A DNA stretch of 22,495 nt from Candidatus Methylomirabilota bacterium (GTDB lineage Bacteria; Methylomirabilota; Methylomirabilia; Rokubacteriales; CSP1-6): assembly GCA_046726415.1 (NCBI GenBank), contig JBKPAK010000056.1, positions 1 to 22,495 of the forward strand, written 5' to 3'. A model generated the notes under the pieces. That model searched no databases. It was not told the origin of the DNA and saw nothing but the letters and a program-made list of their open reading frames with translations. Shown here in pieces: positions 1 through 8,412 of the stretch; the stretch's first letter is position 1, and every line of letters starts with the position of its first letter. The position numbers were made by a program, and so were the translations under genes.

Positions 1-191
1 CGCCACGTTCTCGAGGGCGATGGCCGTCGACCCGAAGAGCAACGCACGGAGGAACGTCGAGAGAGACGAACAGTGGGATCATTGTGGCTCCCGGCCCAGC
101 GGTCGCGTCGGTGCCTCGACTCTACGCGGCCTAGAGGGAGGCGTGCGTAAGTTCAAGCGAGGTGGGCCGAACGGAGTTTTTGACCAGGACA
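1..191 (-). mobile_element. Left end of an IS-like element encoding an rve (integrase core) transposase; runs off the window
   Basis: The minus strand from 191 begins TGTCCTGGTCAAAAACTC, resembling the TGT-N-AAAACTC termini I recall for this element type. ATG at 82 gives MIPLFVSL. After a frameshift in a (CT)n run it continues STFLRALLFGSTAIALENVA, matching the 'xALENxALRxQL' N-terminus of these integrases. Confidence 0.6.
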
Positions 192-452
192 GGGCGGGCG
201 CGCTTGGCGCGGCCAGGGACGAGATTTTTCCCGGAGGCCGGCCGCCGCTGACGATGAGCACGATCGCCCGCGTCTGTTCGAGCCGCGGGTCGCCTGCCGC
301 CGGCGGCCATGGAGCCGCTCGCCTGGCAAGACCTCGGCGCCGCGGTTTCGTCGCGGCCGCGGTATGATGCGGTGCTTCACCGGGGCGGGGAGGGCGCATC
401 GCCGTCCCCGGCGTGCTTCGCGGTTCCGCCCACTAGCTAAGCGAGGACGGCC

Positions 453-1589
453 ATGCCAGACGCCGACGCCCGGATCATCGCCAACGTCCCGCGCCTCCAC
501 GACTTCATGGACCGCCACCAGCTCGCCGCGGTGGTAGCGCGTTCGGGACAGAACTTCACCTACCTCTCGGGGCTCGCCTATCCGGGTACGCTGGCCCGTC
601 ACCTCGACCTGTCCGACTCCATGCGCGGCGTGCTGCTGTTGTGGCCCCGCCACGGAGAGCCGGTCATCGTGCTCAACAGGATCGCCGAGGGCCTCACCCG
701 CCGGGACTCCTGGGTCGAACGGATCGAGGTCTACGACGCCTACACGGAGTCGCCGTACCGGCGGCTGGCCGAGGCGCTCGATGCGGCGGGGCTGGCCCAC
801 GAGCGCGTCGGCTTCGAGAAGCGCTACGTGAGCGCGGCCCACTGGGACGAAGTCCAGCGCCATCTCCCGCACCTCCGGATGGTCGACTGCACCCGGATGA
901 TGGACGAGGTGCGCTGGGTGAAAACGGCGGGAGAAATCGTGCGCCTGAAGGTCGGCGCCGACCTCCTCGACGACGCGTACCTCGAGGTGTTTCCGACCAT
1001 CCGCGCCGGCGAGACCGAGCGCGCAGTGCACAGCCGGATCATCGGGAGCTGCCTGCGCCGGGGGGCTAACTGGGCCCACGGGATCCTGAACGCTTCGACC
1101 AACCTGGTCCCGTACGCGGGTGAGAGCGACACGGTGTTCCGGCGCGGCGACGTCGTCCGCACCGACTACGTGGCCTATGTCGCCGGCTATCCCGGGCACC
1201 AGTCGCGCAACGCGGTCCTGGGCCGGCCGAGCCCCGAGCAGCAGCGGGAGTACGACATCACGCGCGACATCTATCGCACGACCATCGACCGGTGCCGCGC
1301 GGGCGTGCGCGCGGGCGACGTCTACGAATTCGTGGTGGAACAGTTCGTCAAGCACGGCTGGACCTACACCAGCGCGCTGGTCGGGCACGGGGTGGGATGC
1401 TGGTGGCATCAGCAGGAGCCGGTGCTCGCCCGGGGCAGCGAGATCGTGCTCGAGGCGGGCATGGTGCTGGCCCTCGAGCCCCATCTCCACTACTGGCACC
1501 TCCAGGACATGGTGGTCGTGCGTCAGAGCGGTCCTCCCGAGCTGATCTCTGACAAGTTCTCGACTGATCAGATGTTCGTCATCGAGTAG
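453..1589 (+). CDS. M24 (Xaa-Pro peptidase/creatinase fold) hydrolase with atypical metal-ligand residues
   Basis: 378-aa ORF with a GAGGA RBS. Creatinase-type N-domain (NFTYLSG) and pita-bread motifs RWVKTAGEI, GHGVG and GMVLALEP. Confidence 0.9.
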   Translation: MPDADARIIANVPRLHDFMDRHQLAAVVARSGQNFTYLSGLAYPGTLARHLDLSDSMRGVLLLWPRHGEPVIVLNRIAEGLTRRDSWVERIEVYDAYTESPYRRLAEALDAAGLAHERVGFEKRYVSAAHWDEVQRHLPHLRMVDCTRMMDEVRWVKTAGEIVRLKVGADLLDDAYLEVFPTIRAGETERAVHSRIIGSCLRRGANWAHGILNASTNLVPYAGESDTVFRRGDVVRTDYVAYVAGYPGHQSRNAVLGRPSPEQQREYDITRDIYRTTIDRCRAGVRAGDVYEFVVEQFVKHGWTYTSALVGHGVGCWWHQQEPVLARGSEIVLEAGMVLALEPHLHYWHLQDMVVVRQSGPPELISDKFSTDQMFVIE

Positions 1590-1649
1590 GAGAGCCGGGG
1601 GGGGGCCCGGGCTCGGCCACCTGGCCCGCCCTGTACGCCGTGTATCTGG

Positions 1650-1782
1650 CGTGACCTCCAGGCGCTTGCCGAATACGACGGGCGCGTCGTCCACGATGAG
1701 TCGGGCCGCCTTCTCGCGCGCCGCCACCGCTTCGTCGATCAGCGTGTCAACCTCGGGATTGCCATAGAACATGAAGTTCCAT
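1650..1782 (-). pseudogene. C-terminal remnant of a family-5 (peptide/nickel) ABC substrate-binding protein
   Basis: Translates WNFMFYGNPEVDTLIDEAVAAREKAARLIVDDAPVVF, the typical SBP_bac_5 C-terminal segment, apparently with an internal deletion. No start codon or upstream domain. Confidence 0.65.
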
Positions 1783-1871
1783 GCTCGTTCGCGTGCGCAG
1801 CGTCCTCGCCGAGGGTCGTCAGAGTGCCTGGGGCGTTGCGACCACCGTTCGCGCGTACGAGCGCGGCCAGC

Positions 1872-1900
1872 TTGACATGGCTGGGTGGTAGGTACACAGT
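1872..1900 (+). promoter_or_regulatory. Putative sigma70 promoter for the DUF4392/ABC operon
   Basis: Consensus -35 TTGACA (1872-1877), 17-nt spacer, weak -10 CACAGT (1895-1900), about 75 nt upstream of the ATG at 1975. Confidence 0.45.
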
Positions 1901-1974
1901 TTCCAGCGCGAAAAGAACAGGGTGAAGTTCCTGCGCTACGGGGAATGCTCGGATCGGTCGACGAGGGGCTATCT

Positions 1975-2994
1975 ATGCCGGAGATCATCGGCGAGAATGT
2001 GGATCGGCTGTGCACGGTGGAGATGCGGCCGCAAGGGATGCCTCGCGGCAAGATCCATCGCCTCTACGAGGCGGCCCGTCGCAAGCAGAACGGTCGTCCG
2101 CTGACGCTGCTCGCCGCAGAAAAGCTCCGCGCCGCGGTGAAGCCGGGCGACTACGTGATCCTGGCCACCGGCGCGGGCGTGTCGCCGTGGATGCCGGCGG
2201 GCGAGACCGACGGCCCGGTCGGCATCGCCGCGCTCGGCCGCGCGCTTCTCCTGGGCCTCGGGGCACGTCCAATCTTTGTGACCGAATCCCACAGCCTTCG
2301 AGCGTTGAGTGCGCCCGTGATCGCCGCGGGCATGTCCGTGGTGAGCCCGGAGATTGCCGCGGCACGAACGGGGGCGGCGGTCGTCATGGAATTCTCGAAG
2401 GACGATCGCGAAGCCCAGGCGCAGGCGACGCACATGGTGGAGCAGTTCCGTCCGGCTGCGATCATCGCCTCGGAGAAGCTCGCTCCGAACGCCAAGGGGG
2501 AGATTCACAGCGTGCGGGGCACGAACATGACGGCAGACCACGCGAAGATCCACCACCTCTTTGAGCTGGCGGGGAAGAGTGGGATTCCGACGATTGGCAT
2601 CGCCGACGGCGGGAACGAGGTGGGATGCGGGCTCATCTACGATGACACGCGCACCATCATGGAGTACGGCGCCCGGTGCCAGTGCCCGTGTGGCGACGGC
2701 ATGGCCACCACGGTCCGGACCGATGTCCTGGTGCTCGCGGCGGTGTCCAACTTCGGCGCGTACGGCATCTGCGCCATGCTCGGATACCTGCTCGGGAATC
2801 CCGATCTCGTCCACGATCCGGATACGCACTACCGCTTGCTGGAGGCCAACGTCCGCGAGGGGGCGTCGGACGGGATGAGCGGGCGCCCACTCATGAAGGA
2901 AGACGGCATCAGCGTCGCGGTCTGCCAGGGTCTGGTCCGTCAGCTCCACGAGCTGGTCGCGACGGGTCTCCAAACAGTGAATCGCCCCTTCTAG
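1975..2994 (+). CDS. D-glutamate cyclase-like (DUF4392) protein
   Basis: Motifs ETDGPVG, GIADGGNEVGCG, CQCPCG and SNFGAYG. The GAGGGG RBS precedes ATG 1975, so this start is preferred over the ORF-track start at 1885. Confidence 0.85.
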   Translation: MPEIIGENVDRLCTVEMRPQGMPRGKIHRLYEAARRKQNGRPLTLLAAEKLRAAVKPGDYVILATGAGVSPWMPAGETDGPVGIAALGRALLLGLGARPIFVTESHSLRALSAPVIAAGMSVVSPEIAAARTGAAVVMEFSKDDREAQAQATHMVEQFRPAAIIASEKLAPNAKGEIHSVRGTNMTADHAKIHHLFELAGKSGIPTIGIADGGNEVGCGLIYDDTRTIMEYGARCQCPCGDGMATTVRTDVLVLAAVSNFGAYGICAMLGYLLGNPDLVHDPDTHYRLLEANVREGASDGMSGRPLMKEDGISVAVCQGLVRQLHELVATGLQTVNRPF

Positions 2995-3004
2995 AAGGAG
3001 AGGC

Positions 3005-4603
3005 GTGATGCGCGACAAGAAGACGAACCCCCGCCGAGAGAGTCGCCGCCGCTTTCTGAAACTGTCGACCGCCGCGGGCGCACTGAGCGCGCTCTCTGGA
3101 GGCGCCGCTGGGCTGGCCGCCGCACCGGCGAAAGGCGGCGGCAAAAAGGAACTGGTCTACGGGGCATTCGGAGGGGATCCCGGGAATCTGAGTCCGGTGA
3201 TTCGCTGGGACATCTCCGCCGGCATCGTGATGAACAACATCTTCGACAATCTCATCCAGGTGAACTACACGACCCGCCGGCTCGAGCCGCTCCTGGCCGA
3301 GTCGTGGAAGTCCATCGATCCGCTGACCTGGCAGATCAAGCTGCGGGAAGGTGTGAAGTGGCACAAGGGGTACGGCGAGGTGACGGCCGAAGATCTCGTC
3401 TACACCTGGAACTACCACGCGGCTACGAAGAGCTGGCAAACCACGGCGGCGCTCTTCGCGGTGGAGGGGGTCAAGGCGCTCGGGAAGTACCTGGCCGAGG
3501 TAAAGCTGAAGCAGCCCTTCGGCGCCTTCCCGGGCGTGGTCATGGGCTATGGCGGGCTCCTGGTGTCCAAGAAGGCCCACGAGGAGATGGGCCCCGAGAA
3601 ATACAGTCGCAACCCCGTCGGCAACGGCCCCTTCGTCTTCGAGTCGATCGTCGGCGGGAAGGAGATCGTGGTCAAGAAGAATCCCGACTACTGGAAGAAG
3701 GGCCTCCCGCACCTCGAGCAGATCGTGTTCCGGACCATTCCGGATTCGCACGTCCGTCTCCAGTCACTCGAGAAAGGCGAGCTGGACTTCATGTGCCACC
3801 CGGACGAGAAGGACGTGGCCCGGGCGCGACGCAACCCCAACCTGGTCTATCTGAGCACGCCCGGCTGGAACTGGGACTACCAGTCGTTCACCTTCCCGCC
3901 CTTCCAGAAACCGGAGTTCCCTAACCAGAACAAGCTCGTCCGCCAGGCCATCTCCTACGCGATCGACCGCGAGGCGATCAGGCGGGAGATCTATTTCGGC
4001 GAGGCCACCGTCACCGACAGCCCGGTCCCGGAGGGGTTCCTCGGCTACCGACCGGTGCCTCTTCGGTATCCGAAGGCGAGCGACCTCAAGAAGGCCAGCG
4101 AGCTGATGGCTCAGGCCGGCGTGAAGGGCTACGAGGTCGAGGTCATCACCAGCGACAAGGACTGGCTCCGTCGCGAGCTCGAGCTGGTCGCCGGCATGGT
4201 CAGCCAGATCGGCATCACCTACAAGATCCGGCACCTCGACATGGGGAGCTACAACAACCTTTGGCTGAACAGCAAGTACCAGCAGCTCCTGGAAGACATC
4301 ACCATCGTGTCGCCGGATCCCGACTCCACGGTCTGGTGGTTCCTGCACAGCAAGGGCAGCGCGACGTCGGGCTACAACGTGCCCGAGATGGACACGATGC
4401 TGGACGACGCCCGCGCTGAGCTGGATCCGAAGAAGCGCGAGGCCCTGTACCACAGGATCGTCGATCGGGACTTGGAGGATTGCCCCAAGGTCTACCACGT
4501 CAACGTGAACTACGTGCGGCTCCACAAGAAGGGCCTGGCGGGCTTCAGCCCTAGCCCCCAGGAGTACATCGAGCTGTTCACGAACGTGCGGTGGGAGGCC
4601 TGA
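3005..4603 (+). CDS. Family-5 (DppA/OppA-like) ABC substrate-binding protein with Tat signal
   Basis: Twin-arginine motif SRRRFLK. Motifs LAESW, LREGVKWH, GNGPF, KNPDYW and VRQAISYAIDR. AAGGAGAGG RBS; start is GTG 3005 or ATG 3008. Confidence 0.95.
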   Translation: MMRDKKTNPRRESRRRFLKLSTAAGALSALSGGAAGLAAAPAKGGGKKELVYGAFGGDPGNLSPVIRWDISAGIVMNNIFDNLIQVNYTTRRLEPLLAESWKSIDPLTWQIKLREGVKWHKGYGEVTAEDLVYTWNYHAATKSWQTTAALFAVEGVKALGKYLAEVKLKQPFGAFPGVVMGYGGLLVSKKAHEEMGPEKYSRNPVGNGPFVFESIVGGKEIVVKKNPDYWKKGLPHLEQIVFRTIPDSHVRLQSLEKGELDFMCHPDEKDVARARRNPNLVYLSTPGWNWDYQSFTFPPFQKPEFPNQNKLVRQAISYAIDREAIRREIYFGEATVTDSPVPEGFLGYRPVPLRYPKASDLKKASELMAQAGVKGYEVEVITSDKDWLRRELELVAGMVSQIGITYKIRHLDMGSYNNLWLNSKYQQLLEDITIVSPDPDSTVWWFLHSKGSATSGYNVPEMDTMLDDARAELDPKKREALYHRIVDRDLEDCPKVYHVNVNYVRLHKKGLAGFSPSPQEYIELFTNVRWEA

Positions 4604-4633
4604 GCCTCCGACAGGGTCGGTGAGGCCGTCGCG

Positions 4634-5596
4634 ATGAGCCCCAGGTTGGCGTACCTGTTGCGCCGCCTCGCCCAGATTCCGCTCGTGCTCCTCGTCGTCA
4701 CGCTCAGCGTCTTCGCGCTCCTCCACGTCACCCCAGGCGATCCCATCCAGATCATGCTGGGCATGCAGACCTCGCCGGAGGCGGTGGCGGCGCTGCAGAA
4801 GCGCTACCACTTCGATCGGTCCCTGCCCGAGCAGTACCTCCTCTGGGTCACGGCCGCGCTCCGCGGCGATCTCGGCAGCTCGATCCGACAGAGCCAGCCC
4901 GTCGCCCACATGATCGCCGAGCGGTTCCCCGTCAGCCTGCGACTGTCGCTGGCGGCAATGCTCTTTGCCCTAGCGGTGGCGATCCCGGCAGGGATCCTGT
5001 CGGCGGTCCGACGCAACAGCTGGGTCGACTACCTCCTGACGGGGCTGTCGATCGGTGGCCTCTCGATCCCGAACTTCACGCTGGCCCTGCTCCTCATCTA
5101 TGCCTTCGCCGTGAAGCTCGAATGGTTTCCGATCACGGGGATCGGCTCCTCGACCCGCGCCGGTGGAACGCTCTGGAGCGCGCTCGGGCCCTTCGTGCTG
5201 CCGGCGGTCGCGCTGGGGACCCAGCAGACGGCCATTGTCGCGCGGCTCCTGCGCTCGAGCCTGCTCGACGTGCTGAGCCAGGACTACATCCGCACAGGGT
5301 ATGCGAAAGGGCTCCCGGGGCGGTCGGTCGTGTTGATCCATGCCTTGCGGAACGCCCTGATCCCGCTGGTGACGATGACCGCCATCCAGTTCGGCTACCT
5401 AATCGGCATCACCATCACCATCGAGTTCATCTTCGCCATTCCGGGGATGGGCTCGGCCCTGCTCGACGCCGTGCTCCATCGCGACGTTCCCGTGATCCAG
5501 GGGTTCACCTTGTTCATGGCCCTCGTGTTCATCGTGACGAACCTCGTCGCCGACCTCGTGTACACGCTCCTGGATCCGCGGATCAGCTACTCGTGA
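4634..5596 (+). CDS. Peptide/nickel ABC permease (DppB-like)
   Basis: PGDP, LRGDLGSS, the EAA loop DYIRTGYAKGL, HALRNALIP and the C-terminal LDPRI. Confidence 0.95.
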   Translation: MSPRLAYLLRRLAQIPLVLLVVTLSVFALLHVTPGDPIQIMLGMQTSPEAVAALQKRYHFDRSLPEQYLLWVTAALRGDLGSSIRQSQPVAHMIAERFPVSLRLSLAAMLFALAVAIPAGILSAVRRNSWVDYLLTGLSIGGLSIPNFTLALLLIYAFAVKLEWFPITGIGSSTRAGGTLWSALGPFVLPAVALGTQQTAIVARLLRSSLLDVLSQDYIRTGYAKGLPGRSVVLIHALRNALIPLVTMTAIQFGYLIGITITIEFIFAIPGMGSALLDAVLHRDVPVIQGFTLFMALVFIVTNLVADLVYTLLDPRISYS

Positions 5597-6447
5597 CGGC
5601 GCACCGGAGTCCCCTCGACCTGGCGCGGCGGCAGTTCGTACACAATCGGGCGGCGATGGCTGGGCTGGTCACGCTGGCGGTGCTCGTCGTGGCCTCTCTC
5701 CTCGCGCCCCTCGTCGCCCCCTACGATCCGGTGACGATCAAGCTGGCGGAGAAGCTCCAGCCGCCGAACCGCGTCCACCTCCTGGGTACCGACTACTTCG
5801 GCCGTGACGTGCTCAGCCGAGTCCTGTACGGCGGCCGGATCTCGCTCACCGTCGGCGTGCTCGTGGTGGCGGTGGCCGCGCTGATCGGCGTGCCTCTGGC
5901 GCTGCTGGCCGGTTTCCTGGGCGGCCGGGTCGACAATCTCCTGATGCGGCTGATGGACGCATTCCTGACCTTTCCTCCACTCCTTCTGGCGGTGGCCATC
6001 GTGGGGAGCCTCGGCCCGGACATCCGGAACGTGATGCTGGCCCTCGGAATCGTGAACGTGCCGGTCTTCGCCCGGCTCGTCCGCGGCGCCACTCTGGCGG
6101 TCCGCGAGGATGTGTTCGTGACGGCGGCCCGGGCTCTCGGTGCCAGCTCGCTCCGCATCGTGTTCGCTCACATCCTCCCCAACGTCGCCGCCCCCATCGT
6201 GGTCCAGATGAGCGTGACCTTTGCCGGGGCGATCATCGCTGAAGCCTCGCTGAGCTTCCTTGGTCTGGGGGCCCAGCCCCCGCTGCCGAGCTGGGGGCGC
6301 GATCTGAACGAGGCCCGCCGCTACCTCGAGGACGGCTTCTGGCTGCTCGCGGTGCCGACGACGGCGATCATGATCGGCGTACTCAGCGTGAACTTCATCG
6401 GCGATGGGCTGCGCGACGCCACCGATCCGCGCTCCTGGCGCACATAG
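5593..6447 (+). CDS. Peptide/nickel ABC permease (DppC-like)
   Basis: GTG start overlaps the upstream TGA (GTGA). Motifs HLLGTDYFGRDVLSR, HILPN, EASLSFLGLG and GDGLRDATDPR. Confidence 0.95.
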   Translation: MTAHRSPLDLARRQFVHNRAAMAGLVTLAVLVVASLLAPLVAPYDPVTIKLAEKLQPPNRVHLLGTDYFGRDVLSRVLYGGRISLTVGVLVVAVAALIGVPLALLAGFLGGRVDNLLMRLMDAFLTFPPLLLAVAIVGSLGPDIRNVMLALGIVNVPVFARLVRGATLAVREDVFVTAARALGASSLRIVFAHILPNVAAPIVVQMSVTFAGAIIAEASLSFLGLGAQPPLPSWGRDLNEARRYLEDGFWLLAVPTTAIMIGVLSVNFIGDGLRDATDPRSWRT

Positions 6448-6467
6448 ACAGGTTCGGAGGAGAGCAC

Positions 6468-6862
6468 GTGGAGAGGCGATTCCTCACTAAGCAGGCGCCC
6501 CACAAGTGGCCGTTCTCGCACGGTGTCATCATCACCAGGCCGGAGAAGTTCATCGTTTTGGCCGGGCAGGTCGCGTACGACCGCAGGGGCCGGGCCGTCA
6601 GCTCGTCGGCCCGGGCGACATCGAGGTCCAGACGCGGCAGGTCTTCGAGAACATCAAGACACTGCTCACCCAGGCCGGGGCCACCTTCCAGGACGTCATC
6701 GAGCTCACCGTGTACCTCGTCGACATGAACCACTTCCCGATCTGCGGGCAGGTGGCCCAGGAGTACGTCGGTGATCCGCCGCCGGCCATGAACCTGATCG
6801 GCGTGAACGCCCTGGGCTTCCCCGAGCTCATGGTGGAGATCACGGCGCTCGCGGTGCAGTGA
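6468..6862 (+). pseudogene. RidA/YjgF-family protein split by a single frameshift
   Basis: GGAGGAG RBS. The first frame gives WPFSHGV...LAGQVAYDR. The second frame gives LVGPGDIEVQTRQVFENIK...VEITALAV. A -1 shift lies near 6580-6590. Confidence 0.85.
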
Positions 6863-6949
6863 AGGGGCGGCGGCGAGTAATCGGCTGCGATCACTGCCCC
6901 AGCCCTTCCAAGCAGCGCGCCACACGCCACGTGGGCGGCTTGGGGGTAT

Positions 6950-7160
6950 GGCCTCGATGCGGCTGATGCTCTTGTAGGCGTCGAGGATGGCGACAGCGGT
7001 AAGGGCGGGATCGTTCGTCAGGAGGGGGAAGAGGCCATCGGTCCGGGCATCGTAGGCGATCTCGGCTTCGCGGCGCTCCCACGTGAGGCGGAAGCGCCGC
7101 TTGAGGCGGCGCCGCCAGCGAGTGTTCTTCCCGGGCTGCCCACGCGTTTCTTGACGGACC
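6950..7160 (-). mobile_element. Internal fragment of an IS1634-family transposase
   Basis: Translates RQETRGQPGKNTRWRR...FRLTWE...DARTDGLFPLLTND...ILDAYK. The DGxFPLxTN...AYK segment is characteristic of IS1634 transposases. No start, ends or inverted repeats are visible. Confidence 0.7.
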
Positions 7161-7488
7161 CGCGGCCGCGCCATCCGGAAACACTGACGAGCGACGAGTT
7201 CATCTACGCCTAGGCCCGTTGTCTCGACGTGTTCCAGCGGGAGGTGCGGAAGAAATAGCCGCCGGCAGGGGCGGATTCGGGTTTGCGCGGAATATCGGAT
7301 GGTCGGGGCTGGGCTCCTCGGGTACATGCGCGTGTCGGCGACGTGCTGAAGCGTCAGGTGCTGGCCCTGGTCAGGGACGAGAGTCTGCGGGCGGCGGCGG
7401 AACGGTAGGACCGACTATCACTCGCGGGTCGGCGGGGAGGTCGGTCTGCGCGATTGCCGAGCAGGCGTGCGCCGCTGCCGACCGCCGC

Positions 7489-8412
7489 TCACTGCTGAGC
7501 CGCGAACGCGTCGAGGATCTCGGCTCCCGTCGCCGACCAAACGCCCGCGAGGCGGGTGATGTGGTCGAGGATCGCCTCGAGCGCGCGGATCCGGTGGGGG
7601 ACGCCGATGAGCCAGGGATGGAGCGACAGCGCCATGATGCGCCCGCCCGATCTCTCGGCCTCGCGGTAGATCACGCGGAAGTAGTCGCAGACCTGCTCGG
7701 CGAACTCGGCGGCATCGTGCCGGTAGTTCAGGACGAGCTGGAGATCGCTCACCTCCCAGGCGTGCGGCAGCGCGTGGATCTGGCCGCTCGACGTTCGGAC
7801 CGGAACCGGCAGGTCGTCCATCACCCAGTCGCACACATAGCGCACGCCTTCGGCTGCGATCAGGTCGAGCGTGTTCATGGACTCCGAGTAAGCCGGCGAG
7901 AGCCAGCCCGTCACCTGCTGATTCGAGAGCGTGCGGAGCGCCGAGAGCGCGCTCTGCACGAGCTCGCGCTCCTCGTCGATGGGCTGCCCGCCGTAGTGGA
8001 GCCGCCCCATGTCCACGCCGTGGCCGACGATCTCCCAATCGCGCCGGGTGACCTCGTCGACCAGGAACGGGTAGCGCTCGGCCACACGCGAGTTGACGGC
8101 GACGGACGCCTTGAGCCCGCGAGCGTCGAGCGCCTTGAAGATCCGGAAGACACCCACGCGGTTGCCGTAGTCGCGCAGCGTGTAGTTCCAGTAGTCGGGG
8201 TAGCCGCGCCCCATCCCGCCCGGCGCGGTGAACGGCTTGCCCGCCATGTCGAGCGGGAAGAACTCCAGCGCAGGCACGATCCAGGGGGCCACCCGCGCCC
8301 TGCCCGGCCACTCGACCGGCTTCCGCTTGAACAGGTTCGAGCAGGCGTAGCGGTCGTGGTCCATGCCGGGCCGGCGGTATGGATAGACGAGGTAGTCTGC
8401 GGGCAGGGTCAT
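7489..8412 (-). CDS. PuuE-like carbohydrate esterase 4 (polysaccharide deacetylase fold) hydrolase, copy 2
   Basis: Motifs ALEFF, YTLRDYGNRVGVFR, EIVGHG, GWLSP and LHPWLIGVPHR. ATG 8412 overlaps the upstream TGA (ATGA). Confidence 0.9.
   Translation of the reverse strand: MTLPADYLVYPYRRPGMDHDRYACSNLFKRKPVEWPGRARVAPWIVPALEFFPLDMAGKPFTAPGGMGRGYPDYWNYTLRDYGNRVGVFRIFKALDARGLKASVAVNSRVAERYPFLVDEVTRRDWEIVGHGVDMGRLHYGGQPIDEERELVQSALSALRTLSNQQVTGWLSPAYSESMNTLDLIAAEGVRYVCDWVMDDLPVPVRTSSGQIHALPHAWEVSDLQLVLNYRHDAAEFAEQVCDYFRVIYREAERSGGRIMALSLHPWLIGVPHRIRALEAILDHITRLAGVWSATGAEILDAFAAQQ

Noticed and set aside
195..400. Short ORFs between the element end and the M24 gene
   Set aside because: No recognisable motif, RBS or consistent frame.
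1592..1614. GC hairpin with a G-run after the M24 gene as an intrinsic terminator
   Set aside because: Imperfect stem and no U-tract.
153..2051. Long antisense or alternate-frame ORFs (632 aa here; also 8379-10154, 7219-8463, 1969-3144, 12869-14041, 14559-15644)
   Set aside because: They are shadows of real genes in high-GC DNA, rich in R/A/G/P and without motifs, apart from the short SBP remnant listed separately.
6570..6600. Programmed ribosomal frameshift in RidA
   Set aside because: No X XXY YYZ slippery heptamer at the shift site; a simple 1-nt loss or a sequencing error is more likely.
7180..7410. Plus-strand snippets DEFIYA*ARCLDVFQREVRKK*, LLGYMRVS (resolvase-like) and HARVGDVLKRQVLALVRDE
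   Set aside because: Probably gene debris, but too short and with conflicting family readings; BLASTX is needed.
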